A DNA stretch of 64,000 nucleotides, taken from an uncultured virus (IMG/VR IMGVR_UViG_3300009785_002875). Taxonomy: Duplodnaviria > Heunggongvirae > Uroviricota > Caudoviricetes. The notes beneath the pieces were generated by a model, which did not search any database, was not told where the DNA came from, and saw only the letters and a list, made by a program, of their open reading frames with translations. Shown piece by piece: positions 39,990 through 49,933 of this stretch (the stretch's first letter is position 1; each line of letters opens with the position of its first letter). The DNA lies in the IMG/VR virus record IMGVR_UViG_3300009785_002875, one strand, 5' to 3'. Position numbers and translations under genes: made by a program.

Positions 39990-41837
39990 CTAGTCTTTAA
40001 CCAAATCATCTATCTCCTTATTAAGTTTATCTATAGTGTTATATGTTTTTTTAGCCATCTCTTCTAGATTGGGTAAAAGTATACCTTTATTTTCCAATAT
40101 TAGGGGTAGGTCTTTTTTAGTCTTATTATATTCTTCTACTGGTGGTGGTGGTGGTATGTCGCTATCCATACTAAGGTCACCACCTCCCATATCCGGACTT
40201 TCAACACTCCCTCCCATTGGGGGTGGTGGTGTTGAAATATCACCCGGTAATTCACTACCACTTTCTTCACCAGCAGCTTCTTCGGTTGATTCTATATCGC
40301 CATATAATTTATCTATTTGATTGAATACACCCGTTTTCTTAATAATCTCTGACGTAAGTTCTAATTCTTTAGCTATCGCTTTCTCAAATCTTTGTTGTTG
40401 TAAGTCTAATTTAATCTCTTCATCACTCATAGCTAATATATGTTTCTTTGCCCATGTAGCTGAAACAGGTGCTATACCAGTTCCTGGGTCACTAACAGCG
40501 TCTTTATAAAGTGTTATTTTTGTTTGCCAAGCTTCAATCTTGAGTAATTCTGCTTGTGAGGACGGGTTGGATAACCCTAATGAAAAATTATCTAGTTCTT
40601 CCTCAAAACCTAAAACATATAAATGAATAATAGCTATCTTATTCAATTCTTGTATTATACATTTTTGGATTCTGTTAATTGTCCTAGCAAATCTAATATC
40701 TAATAAAGCTAAGTTTTTACCCTCACCAACAACCTCCTCAAAACCTAAAAAAGCTTTTGGTATCCTTAGTGCTGCTAATAATTTTTTTTGTATATATTCT
40801 ATATCAGCAATCTCACTAAGGTTTGTAGCCCCAGGTAAAGTTTCTATAGGGCTAGGTGCTGATTGGTCCCTAACTGGTATGAAAAAGTCCTGGTCTACAG
40901 CCATTTGGTTATATCTTAGGTCCACTTGACCGTTTGTTTGGTCTACAACTGGGTCCCGTTTAAATTGGTTTGCTACTTTTTGTACGTAAGCTTCCACATC
41001 TTTATCGTCCATATTACCAACAAATATTTTAAATATTCTTCTTTCTGGAGCTCTAGTTGTTCTATAAACTAACATAGCATCCTCCGCTAGTATTAGTTGT
41101 TTCCAAGTTCTTCTAGCTTTTTCTAACATAGAGGTTCCGTACGGCAATCTTCTATCATCACCCAACAATCTAAAGTGAGCAACCTCCCAAGAATTCATCT
41201 CTAATTGTTTTTCTTTCCAAACAAATTTTATCTTTCTCTCTTTCTCTTCACCACTAACGTCGACATTTGGGAAGTTACCGTGTTCTACCCTTTCTATCTC
41301 AGCATTAGGTAATTGACTACACCCTATAACACCCTTTTCACCATCAATTTTTAAATAAACAAAATCATCACCATATTTTGTTGTATTTCTAATCCACATA
41401 GGTAGGTTTGTGTTTATATCTAAAACATTATTAAACAAATCTAATAGTATTGATTTAATCCTAGCGGATTCAGAATAAATGGTAAGCATGTGACCATCTT
41501 CTGACGGTGTTGTCGATTCTTCAGCGTATATATCTAAAGCCGCTGATATCTCCGGTGTAAACTCCATAGATTCATAATCAAAGTAAGCAGCTAACCTTGT
41601 TGGTTCGTAGTATACAGATTGTGTGTAAATCTCATTCTCAACTCGTTTCCATTGCTTAGAGAGGTACATTGTTTGTTGTGCTTCAAGTTTCTCTTTTTCG
41701 TATTCAGCTTTTGAAGCTGTTTTTAATAAATCTTTTTTATTAAACTTATATTGTGTGTAACTTGGTTCTTGCGTTCTTGGACCGTCTGGTCCAAAAACCT
41801 TAGTTAACCTCTGAAATATTGTAAAATTGTCTGCCAT
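39990..41837 (-). CDS. Portal protein (T4 gp20-like)
   Basis: EDAMLVYRTTRAPERRIFKIFVGN, IETLPG, DIEYIQKKLLAALRIP. Confidence 0.93.
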   Translation of the reverse strand: MADNFTIFQRLTKVFGPDGPRTQEPSYTQYKFNKKDLLKTASKAEYEKEKLEAQQTMYLSKQWKRVENEIYTQSVYYEPTRLAAYFDYESMEFTPEISAALDIYAEESTTPSEDGHMLTIYSESARIKSILLDLFNNVLDINTNLPMWIRNTTKYGDDFVYLKIDGEKGVIGCSQLPNAEIERVEHGNFPNVDVSGEEKERKIKFVWKEKQLEMNSWEVAHFRLLGDDRRLPYGTSMLEKARRTWKQLILAEDAMLVYRTTRAPERRIFKIFVGNMDDKDVEAYVQKVANQFKRDPVVDQTNGQVDLRYNQMAVDQDFFIPVRDQSAPSPIETLPGATNLSEIADIEYIQKKLLAALRIPKAFLGFEEVVGEGKNLALLDIRFARTINRIQKCIIQELNKIAIIHLYVLGFEEELDNFSLGLSNPSSQAELLKIEAWQTKITLYKDAVSDPGTGIAPVSATWAKKHILAMSDEEIKLDLQQQRFEKAIAKELELTSEIIKKTGVFNQIDKLYGDIESTEEAAGEESGSELPGDISTPPPPMGGSVESPDMGGGDLSMDSDIPPPPPVEEYNKTKKDLPLILENKGILLPNLEEMAKKTYNTIDKLNKEIDDLVKD

Positions 41838-41877
41838 ATCTAAATAATAATAATTTTATTATAAATAGTGAATACCA

Positions 41878-43623
41878 CTACCTTTTTTTACCAGCACCGA
41901 ATAACCACCCATATTCTCTATAAACTTCTTTAGCTCCAGTGTGTGGTCTTATACTTGGGTTTAGAACACTAGAGTCTCTCATTGGTTTTAAGTCCACATT
42001 ACTTTGTGGGGTATCATCACCACCCTTAACCCAACTATTTAACATAGCTTTTGTCATGTCATCTGTTTTTTTAAGTTGTGAAAAAGAATTTTCACCAACA
42101 TATAGAGCCATAGCCATAGCCATTATTAAATCGTCATGTTTACCTTTCATGTGGTTTGGTTTCCCGTTTACAAACACAAACGTGTAAAGTTCGTTTAATA
42201 ATCTATGTGATTTTACATTAAACCCATGTCGTAAAGCCTCTTCAAACGCAGATACAATTTGTGACCTTTTATTGTTGAATGTTAGTCCTGGTATTTTTTC
42301 TAGTAGTTTTGGGTCGTACTTCCACTTATCAGCGGTATTAGCTCCTTCCACATACAAATCTCTATAACCCAATTCTTGTAGTTTTCTAGCCGTGGCTACA
42401 CCCATACCACCGGTTATATCTATAACTATATAGGCTTTATACAGGTTACCCCATTTAAAAGCTAAATCCGCGGCCAAGTCTGGTGGTATTTTACCAAGAT
42501 ACTCCATAACTTGTTTATTTTCGTCAAAATCAATAACACATATAGAGGTAAAATCCTCAGAGTCACCTCTAGAAACGTCAACCCCCATAATATACTTATG
42601 ACCTAACTTAGCCTCTTCCCAAACCCATAATTGACCACTTGCGTATTTTTCTTTAGGTTCTTCAACCATGGTTTCCTTTATTCTTTCTATTGTCTCTATT
42701 GGCACTACATTATCGCCAGAACCTAGAAAAGCACTTTCTAACTCCTGAGATATTTTTCTTCTATCAAATTTTAATTTTTTAGACATAGATTCAAACCAAG
42801 AAGAATATGGTTTATACCCCATACTTTTTAAACCTCCGAATTTATCTTGATTAGTTTCTGGAATATTTAAACTATCGTCATAATCCTCTCTATTTAATAC
42901 GTAATGAATGATATCCTTAGTTTTAACCCAAACTAAGTCTTTTGTAAACCTAGGGTCATTTTCCCAATGTAATTCAGAAATTTTAAAATCGTTCATACCT
43001 TGTATCGATTGGTCGTAAATCTCGTAATAAATTTTATCGTACCCATTTGGTGTTGATATAACAATAACTTGACCACCGGTGGAAAGAGATGCCATACAAG
43101 CAGCCCACAAATCGTCACCAGCTTCAATATATGCTGCTTCATCAAATATTAGTATGGTTGGTGTGTACCCCCTTAGAGCATCGACTGATGTCGCTACCGC
43201 TTTAACCTCACAACCGTTATTTAACTTATAATGTCTTTGTGAGTCTTTTTCTTTTGAGAACCCCACATTAACCCATTCAGGCCATTGATTTAGGAACCCT
43301 CTAATTTTATTGGCTAACTCCTGAGCTGTATCTAATTTATTAGCTAGTATTAGTACTTTTTCTGGTTTAGTGTTAGAAGCGAATTGTAGTTGTTTTGAAA
43401 TCCAAGCTGCGGTAGCTGTGGATACCCCAGCTTGTCTATATTTCTTAGTGATGTTTTCGTTGTAATCCTCGAAATTCTTTAACATCATTTTTTGTTCTGG
43501 GAATAACTTAAATGGTACGTAACTACTTTGTGTGTTGTCGTAGGTTTCTAAATAAGTTTCTATAGCGTACGAGGTGTCCCTATAACATTTAGCATATTCG
43601 GATATTAATTCTTCTTTAGTCAT
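41878..43623 (-). CDS. terL: Terminase large subunit
   Basis: KYRQAGVST, LIFDEAA, ISTPNG, GVDVSRG, HDDLIMA. Confidence 0.93.
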   Translation of the reverse strand: MTKEELISEYAKCYRDTSYAIETYLETYDNTQSSYVPFKLFPEQKMMLKNFEDYNENITKKYRQAGVSTATAAWISKQLQFASNTKPEKVLILANKLDTAQELANKIRGFLNQWPEWVNVGFSKEKDSQRHYKLNNGCEVKAVATSVDALRGYTPTILIFDEAAYIEAGDDLWAACMASLSTGGQVIVISTPNGYDKIYYEIYDQSIQGMNDFKISELHWENDPRFTKDLVWVKTKDIIHYVLNREDYDDSLNIPETNQDKFGGLKSMGYKPYSSWFESMSKKLKFDRRKISQELESAFLGSGDNVVPIETIERIKETMVEEPKEKYASGQLWVWEEAKLGHKYIMGVDVSRGDSEDFTSICVIDFDENKQVMEYLGKIPPDLAADLAFKWGNLYKAYIVIDITGGMGVATARKLQELGYRDLYVEGANTADKWKYDPKLLEKIPGLTFNNKRSQIVSAFEEALRHGFNVKSHRLLNELYTFVFVNGKPNHMKGKHDDLIMAMAMALYVGENSFSQLKKTDDMTKAMLNSWVKGGDDTPQSNVDLKPMRDSSVLNPSIRPHTGAKEVYREYGWLFGAGKKR

Positions 43624-43650
43624 ATTAATAAATATCGTAAAAAATTAAGT

Positions 43651-43673
43651 AAAAAAAACCCTCAATAGGGTTT
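43651..43673 (-). terminator. Intrinsic terminator
   Basis: On the minus strand AAACCCT-ATTG-AGGGTTTTTTTT. Confidence 0.6.
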
Positions 43674-45045
43674 ATTGCCCCAAACTCTGTAAAAATTTGT
43701 TTTCCTTAGGGGTTAGTGAGCCCATACCTGAACGTGAAATTTTATCTAGTAGTTCATCCACGTCAAAATCTTCAAGTTCTCCACCATCAGTAACATCACC
43801 AATAGTAGAACCATCTATATCACCAACAGTGTTGTAGTCATCATCATTAGTGTCGATTCCTAAAGCTTCTTCGTAATCTTCTTCTTTTAATTGTTGGACT
43901 ATTTCATCCACTAACTTTTTAACCAAAACCTTACCTTCATCACTACCCGATAACATTTTTTTAGCTAAATCTAAAAACTCTTGAGCTTCTAAACTTATAA
44001 TCCTAAAATAAAGATAGTGTTGTATTAACTTATTATCGTCATTGGTTAGTAATTCTTGTGGGTAAGCGTCACGAAATTTTTCCCAAATTACTGGCCCCAA
44101 TCTTAGGTCCCAAACTTCTGCTGGTAAAGTATCCTCCGCACCAAGTACTTCGTCAGCCATATCAGGGTCTGATGGTAGTCCGTGTGCCGACACGTATTCC
44201 ATAACACCCTTATACAGTTCGTGCACTAGTATTGGGAACATTAGTCCTGTAGCTTTGATGGTTGGTGGGTCTGTTTCCAAATCAAGTTCCTCCTTTCCAG
44301 CCATCGCTTGTTCTGCTCCGGCTCCACCAGCCATAGCTTCCATATCAGGCATTACCCAATACAATAAATCATTTACCGACATAACAATAGAGTATAACCC
44401 AACTAAGTCTGGGTTTATTTCGTCTAACTTTTCACGAACTAAATGGTACATATAGTGAGCTTTTTTAGACGAACCCTGTATTAGTGAATTTATAAATCTT
44501 CTTTTTTGTTTTTCTAAATCTAATTTTTCTAATCTTTTAGCTGCTTCATCCTCGATTTCAAAATTAGTAAATTTTAGTTCTTCCTTTTTCTTTTTTTCTT
44601 GTGGTTTCTGTTGCATACCATCCATATTTGGTTTACCTAACTTAGCGTCAAATTGTAGGTCACCTTCTGGGATGGCCATCTCATTTACAACTAACTCTAC
44701 AGCTAGATTTTCTAGAGCTTGTTTGTTCTGTGATTCAATTTGCATAACCCTTTGGACTGATTGCATTAACATTGGTTGTATGGTTCTTAGAGTTCCTTGG
44801 TCTACACTCTCAACACCTGTAGCGTCTTTTACTTTTTGCACAACGTCTTGGAACCTCTGGGAGGACACCATTTCTTCAAAGTTGTCTGGGATTCCATCAC
44901 CATCCACATCTGGAAAAGCTTTATTACCCCCTAAAGGGTGTTCTTGTGTACGTAATTTTCGTTCAATGTCCGGAGACATTCTTTCCTCACCATCCCCATA
45001 GTCTATTGGGGCTTCTCTTAATGTTTTTCTAATTAAATTTCGCAT
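43672..45045 (-). CDS. Conserved hypothetical head-associated protein with DUF6576-like C-terminus
   Basis: N-terminal MRNLIRKTLRE; ILVHELYKG; C-terminal VDELLDKISRSGMGSLTPKENKFL. Confidence 0.6.
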   Translation of the reverse strand: MRNLIRKTLREAPIDYGDGEERMSPDIERKLRTQEHPLGGNKAFPDVDGDGIPDNFEEMVSSQRFQDVVQKVKDATGVESVDQGTLRTIQPMLMQSVQRVMQIESQNKQALENLAVELVVNEMAIPEGDLQFDAKLGKPNMDGMQQKPQEKKKKEELKFTNFEIEDEAAKRLEKLDLEKQKRRFINSLIQGSSKKAHYMYHLVREKLDEINPDLVGLYSIVMSVNDLLYWVMPDMEAMAGGAGAEQAMAGKEELDLETDPPTIKATGLMFPILVHELYKGVMEYVSAHGLPSDPDMADEVLGAEDTLPAEVWDLRLGPVIWEKFRDAYPQELLTNDDNKLIQHYLYFRIISLEAQEFLDLAKKMLSGSDEGKVLVKKLVDEIVQQLKEEDYEEALGIDTNDDDYNTVGDIDGSTIGDVTDGGELEDFDVDELLDKISRSGMGSLTPKENKFLQSLGQ

Positions 45046-45047
45046 TA

Positions 45048-46115
45048 CTAGGAATTTTCTATTTGTGATTTTATATCGTCAAAACCAAACCAATCTGGCA
45101 TTTCACCATTTCCAGCTTTTGGCTTTGGTGTGGTTTTTGGTCTTTCAAAAGGCCCTCTTTTTTTACCTGGTCTTGTTGGTGCTTTAGTTGGTGTTCTTAC
45201 TGGTGTTTTAACAGGCATTTCTGTTTCTCTTAATTCACTTCCAGATTCTTTTTCTCTTATTTCTTCTTCTAAATCTTGTGAATCTTCTATTGGTGCTCCA
45301 TCCATATAGACACCACCATCAGTATAAATTACAATATCCCACACAACACCAGACTTAGAATCTAAATATAAATTTAAAACAGCTTCTTCTGGGTCTTCAT
45401 TAAAATTTAACTCATCAACCTTTATCTCGTACCCATCCAAATCTAAAACATATTTATTCAATTGTTCGAACGCGTATTCTTGTTCTATTGAACTGAATAG
45501 TTTGGTTTTTTCTTGTGGTGTACTCTTAACTTCTTGGTTTTTTCTTTTAATTTGAGCGAAGATAGAATCTTCATCATAAAAGTAATCAGGATTACCTCCT
45601 GGTGTGTCCTCTCTTCCCTCTTGTTGAGCACCCTTAACCATTTCTATTAGTTTAGACTTGGTTAGGTCCCCTATGTTTTTATTAACAACCCCAATCATCC
45701 ACTCTTCAACAACATCAGAATCTATCTCTTCCCTATCGTTAATTAGTTTAATTTTTTTACCACTTCCTTTCTTAATAGTAACATCTGGATTTCCAACGTT
45801 ATCTGTGTCCACATTTTTAATACCATTAACAACCACTTCTTTAGATTCACTAACATTAGCTGCAGCTTCTTGTTTACTGGCTATAGTCTCCAAAGATGAA
45901 GCTACCTTATCCATACAGGCTTTGTGAGCCATTTGGCAATCATACTGAATCTTTTCTGTACTCGCTCTTTCGAATGTAAATGTGTACGGTGGTACGGCTT
46001 CTGATAACAATTTACTCCCTAACTGAAGTATCTGGTTATCTGTTAGTGTTGCTAGGGTTTCGTATGTCATACCTTCAACAACTAAACCATCCACTATTTC
46101 TTTTCTATTTAACAT
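45048..46115 (-). CDS. Hypothetical acidic protein with Pro/Thr/Lys tail
   Basis: 355-aa ORF; LSE and LRE sites. Confidence 0.6.
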   Translation of the reverse strand: MLNRKEIVDGLVVEGMTYETLATLTDNQILQLGSKLLSEAVPPYTFTFERASTEKIQYDCQMAHKACMDKVASSLETIASKQEAAANVSESKEVVVNGIKNVDTDNVGNPDVTIKKGSGKKIKLINDREEIDSDVVEEWMIGVVNKNIGDLTKSKLIEMVKGAQQEGREDTPGGNPDYFYDEDSIFAQIKRKNQEVKSTPQEKTKLFSSIEQEYAFEQLNKYVLDLDGYEIKVDELNFNEDPEEAVLNLYLDSKSGVVWDIVIYTDGGVYMDGAPIEDSQDLEEEIREKESGSELRETEMPVKTPVRTPTKAPTRPGKKRGPFERPKTTPKPKAGNGEMPDWFGFDDIKSQIENS

Positions 46116-46506
46116 ATGATATAGATTTTTCGTAATCCAAAATTAGGTCTTTGGAATATAATTTAGACTCAACATCCTTCATTTTATCACCAAAATGAAA
46201 AACCAACCTTTCATCAACAAATTTATCGTCTTCTGAGGTTTCCCAACCTAAAGCGATTATGTTGTCTAAAGCGTGTTCCATGCCGAAGTAATCTGAATTT
46301 TGAATTAGTTCTAGTTTAATTTTACTTTTTGCTAACACCCCGACTTTGTCAATGTGTTCGAATTCTGGTGGTCCAGGGTTACCGTGGGCTGGTGTTGAGT
46401 CCCACTCATCCCCCCATAATTCATCTATGTTGTTGGAGAATATAAATTCGTATATGTTCTCTTTTTTATAGTTTGGCCCAAGTTCATTTACAAAAATTAG
46501 AAACAT
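46105..46506 (-). CDS. Hypothetical protein
   Basis: 133-aa ORF in operon. Confidence 0.6.
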   Translation of the reverse strand: MFLIFVNELGPNYKKENIYEFIFSNNIDELWGDEWDSTPAHGNPGPPEFEHIDKVGVLAKSKIKLELIQNSDYFGMEHALDNIIALGWETSEDDKFVDERLVFHFGDKMKDVESKLYSKDLILDYEKSISYVK

Positions 46507-47733
46507 TTACTTTATTATTTTTCCGTACCTAGTTATTCCTATTGTTTGTCTATTATTTTCTAACACTATAACCCCACCTTTTTTAGTTTTTTTTGAGTAC
46601 TTATATCCCCTATCACTATTTAAAACTTTTTTTAATGTTATTTCTTGTTCTATCGTTTCACACAAATTACTTAAACTTTTCTTAGTTTTACTTTTATTAA
46701 TGTTTTTTCTTAAATAATTTTTCACCCTACCTTCGTTAATTTGTTTTTCACTAGTAGAGTCTTTATAATAACTTGTTAATGTGTTATTAACTCTTCTTTT
46801 TAAACTTTCTTCTAAAGTATTCGTTGGTTCATCTTCCATATCTTCATCATCCATTTCCATATCTTCATCACCCATTTCCATATCTTCATCACCCATATCA
46901 TCATCCATTTCCATATCTTCATCACCCATATCACCATCCACACCAACCTCAAAATCATCTTCCATTCCGTAATCTTCATCTTCAGATGGGTCTAATCTAT
47001 CTACAATATCTTCTCTGTCTTCGTCATCTAATTGTTCTAAATCTACAGCTGAGATAATTGAGTTTAACACGTACTTAATTGTGTCAGAATCTATATCATC
47101 CTCTAACTCTCTCATTTTTTGTCCTAATTTACCTGTAAGTTTTTGTACTGATTTTATAGAGGTTCCACCTTCATCACCCATATCACCTTCACCACCCATA
47201 TCATCTTCCATGTCCATATCATCTTCCGTGTCCATATCCATTTCGTCACCCATATCCATTTCGTCACCCATATCCATTTCGTCATCCACATCAACATCCA
47301 TAGGCATTTCATCACCCATACCCATTTCATCTTCAGATTCTGGTGTTTTTAAAACAAATTTTTCTTTTTCATCATTTTGTTCGTATAACGAATCTCCATA
47401 ACCATTGTTATATTGTTCGTTAATTGGTTTTAAAATTAAATTTATCCTCTTTAAAGCTGAACTATAACTTCTATGTCTATTTCTAGATTTATTGGCCATT
47501 CCATTAATATAGTCTAACGAACTTTCATTTAATCCTGATTTAACATAATACCCATCCTTTTCTTTAATTATCGAATATATAATACCGTTAGCTGCTTTTT
47601 TAGTGTAGTGATTTGTTGATGTGTGGTTAGTTTCATTTTTTCTAGATTCCCCATATCTAGCGATTTCCATTATTCTATTAATCTTATCTTGTCCTTGTAG
47701 TTTTTCGGAACCTATATTTTTTAAATCTCCCAT
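46507..47733 (-). CDS. Acidic Met/Asp/Glu-repeat protein, likely prohead-core associated
   Basis: MGDEMDM and MGDEDME tandem tracts; LNE, LYE, LEE, INE sites. Confidence 0.65.
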   Translation of the reverse strand: MGDLKNIGSEKLQGQDKINRIMEIARYGESRKNETNHTSTNHYTKKAANGIIYSIIKEKDGYYVKSGLNESSLDYINGMANKSRNRHRSYSSALKRINLILKPINEQYNNGYGDSLYEQNDEKEKFVLKTPESEDEMGMGDEMPMDVDVDDEMDMGDEMDMGDEMDMDTEDDMDMEDDMGGEGDMGDEGGTSIKSVQKLTGKLGQKMRELEDDIDSDTIKYVLNSIISAVDLEQLDDEDREDIVDRLDPSEDEDYGMEDDFEVGVDGDMGDEDMEMDDDMGDEDMEMGDEDMEMDDEDMEDEPTNTLEESLKRRVNNTLTSYYKDSTSEKQINEGRVKNYLRKNINKSKTKKSLSNLCETIEQEITLKKVLNSDRGYKYSKKTKKGGVIVLENNRQTIGITRYGKIIK

Positions 47734-47759
47734 TTTGTTTTTATTTAATTATTTTTATT

Positions 47760-48395
47760 TTAACGAATTATCCCTTCAGTTGTTATTCCGGTAACCTCAC
47801 CAACATTTGATGTGACAGCATTTCTTCTAAACCTACCATACGGAAAATTATCTGTAGTACCCGTCATATTAACCCACCTTCCAGCTGCTCCAGGAACGAT
47901 AGAAGGTGCTTTACTTACGATACCATCTGTAGTTCCAGAACCTTGTATCGCAAAAAAGTTTAACGTGTTTGCAGTTGTATAAGAAGTGATATACCCGTGA
48001 GTTACAAACTCCCACTTACCTTGTTCACCTGGTCCACCACCATATCTTAACTTATGTGATTTACCGTCACAGGTTGAACTACCAAATCTATCACTTTCAT
48101 GTTTTGTAAGTATTAGACCTCCTTGGTGTACTGCTATATCGTAATCACCATCATAAACACCATCTGCAAAATCCCATTGTGGTTGTCCGTTATATACACA
48201 ACCATTATTGGTTAGTACCATAGTAGAGTTTGCGGTTGTAGCTCCTGCAGCACCTAAACTATAATGGAGCGTTATTTCATTGTAGTTGTATATGTCTATA
48301 TCATTAGCTGATTTTCCTGATATCCCTAATGTTTGTGGCCCAACTGTGTTTCCGATTCCTGAACCTATTTGACCTCCTCCTGTGTGTAATCCCAT
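47760..48395 (-). CDS. Putative virion surface protein; paralog of 38027-38683
   Basis: Shared motif blocks; G/T-rich. Confidence 0.6.
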   Translation of the reverse strand: MGLHTGGGQIGSGIGNTVGPQTLGISGKSANDIDIYNYNEITLHYSLGAAGATTANSTMVLTNNGCVYNGQPQWDFADGVYDGDYDIAVHQGGLILTKHESDRFGSSTCDGKSHKLRYGGGPGEQGKWEFVTHGYITSYTTANTLNFFAIQGSGTTDGIVSKAPSIVPGAAGRWVNMTGTTDNFPYGRFRRNAVTSNVGEVTGITTEGIIR

Positions 48396-48431
48396 TTTTC
48401 TTTATTTTTAATTATTATTTATTTTATTATT

Positions 48432-48854
48432 TTAAGCGTTTAAACCACCACCACCTATTATTGTAGGTGCAAAAGCGGTATTGGGGTTTATTACAGCTGC
48501 TGCTGTTCCTCCAGTTAAAATATAACCATATCCACTATCAGACATTTTTGTGGTTCCTGTCATTGGGTCATCACAATCACATGGGTAACAAAGAAACACA
48601 CCCTTTCCATCAGCAGCTGTAAGTTGTGATGGTTGAAATTGAAATTCCATCTCATCACCTACAGCAGCTAACACAAAATTTACTGCGGCTCCACCAGCAG
48701 CTGTCCTATAACTAATGGTAGCGGTGGTAGCGGTTGCTCTATACTTGGTACACGTATAGTCTTTAAATGTTGTGGTTCTTCCATGAAATAGAAAATCCGT
48801 ACCGATAACTGTATCTGGGATTGAACCCGCTCCAAAATTTCCTCCTTGTGGCAT
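48432..48854 (-). CDS. Putative virion structural protein
   Basis: A/G/T-rich, CYPCDC motif; late motif at 48869-48876. Confidence 0.5.
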   Translation of the reverse strand: MPQGGNFGAGSIPDTVIGTDFLFHGRTTTFKDYTCTKYRATATTATISYRTAAGGAAVNFVLAAVGDEMEFQFQPSQLTAADGKGVFLCYPCDCDDPMTGTTKMSDSGYGYILTGGTAAAVINPNTAFAPTIIGGGGLNA

Positions 48855-48898
48855 AATTATACTTTTCTAATAAATACTTTGTTTATAAAGAAAAATTT

Positions 48899-49642
48899 CT
48901 ATTCATCTAACGATAGAGACTCATCTGTTACTTTATTTTTTAAATCTGATAACTTTTTTAAGTATCCGTTCCTTCTTAGGAATTTGAAAGTTAAATTTTC
49001 ATAAGAAAATTCACCCCTATCCTCCAACCCGCACTTCCTAAATTTTTTTAATTTGGATTTTATTTTTTTAACTAATTCTATTGTCTCTTCTGGGTGTTGT
49101 ACTTCTGATTTTTTGTAAAGTCCATCTATAATTTCCATCCAATTTTTAGATTTTTTTAAAACTTTATTTTCATCCCAACTATCCTCTAGTTTGTTTGAGG
49201 ATACTATCCATTCATCTAATAGTATTGAGTACACACCACTAGAAAAATGTGGTTCTTCTGAATCTTGCACATAAATCTCAACCTCATACCCGTAAACAGT
49301 TATGTCGTGTAATGAGTTCCATATACCTTGTTTTGCGTTAAACAATTCTCTAAGCACTTTTTTTGGTATTGTACTACTATCGAAATCCACCAATATATGT
49401 AAATCCACATCCGAAAAAGACGACCAGTTGTAATTTGATAATGAACCTGTCATTGTTATATCCTCAACATCGACATCAACACCTAAAAAATTTATAAAAT
49501 CATCAACAACCTCAACCAAAATATCCCTAACTTCAATATTCATTGTTGGTTCTTTAGTATTATCAGAAACACCGTAATCCCAAATATCAGTATTTAAGGT
49601 GTCATTAACTTTAAAACTTTTTAATATTTTATTATATTCCAT
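48899..49642 (-). CDS. Pol-beta-superfamily nucleotidyltransferase
   Basis: TGSLSNYNWSSFSDVDLHI, VEIYVQD. Confidence 0.8.
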   Translation of the reverse strand: MEYNKILKSFKVNDTLNTDIWDYGVSDNTKEPTMNIEVRDILVEVVDDFINFLGVDVDVEDITMTGSLSNYNWSSFSDVDLHILVDFDSSTIPKKVLRELFNAKQGIWNSLHDITVYGYEVEIYVQDSEEPHFSSGVYSILLDEWIVSSNKLEDSWDENKVLKKSKNWMEIIDGLYKKSEVQHPEETIELVKKIKSKLKKFRKCGLEDRGEFSYENLTFKFLRRNGYLKKLSDLKNKVTDESLSLDE

Positions 49643-49666
49643 TACTTATAAATATTAAACAATTAA

Positions 49667-49912
49667 CTAAGAAATTTTTTTATATTTGTAAGATTTAGAT
49701 ATGTTAGTTGAGAAATATTTTCCTTGGCTTGTTGCACTTTTTAAAGCAACCATTTCTTTAACCGGAACATTCTCATAAACATACTTACCACCTTTAGTGA
49801 ATTCTATTATTAATTCTTTTTTGCTAACATCGTATTCAGCTGACCTTAAGTTTGTGGACGAGTAGTGGTGTTTTATTTTGTTGTCTTTAGTTTCTTCTTT
49901 TATAATACCCAT
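49667..49912 (-). CDS. KTSC-domain protein
   Basis: SSTNLRSAEYD, LIIEF, YVYENVP, SQGKYF. Confidence 0.88.
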   Translation of the reverse strand: MGIIKEETKDNKIKHHYSSTNLRSAEYDVSKKELIIEFTKGGKYVYENVPVKEMVALKSATSQGKYFSTNISKSYKYKKIS

Positions 49913-49933
49913 GTTGTTTTTATTTATAAATAT

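Noticed and set aside
33944..43623. Introns or inteins in capsid, portal or terminase
   Set aside because: ORFs are continuous; no intein end or homing endonuclease motifs seen.
46830..47335. Possible CRISPR array
   Set aside because: Repeats are in-frame, degenerate, spacerless and encode acidic peptide tracts.
38027..48395. Paralogs as a diversity-generating retroelement template/variable pair
   Set aside because: Divergence is general with indels, both are full ORFs, and no reverse transcriptase is in the window.
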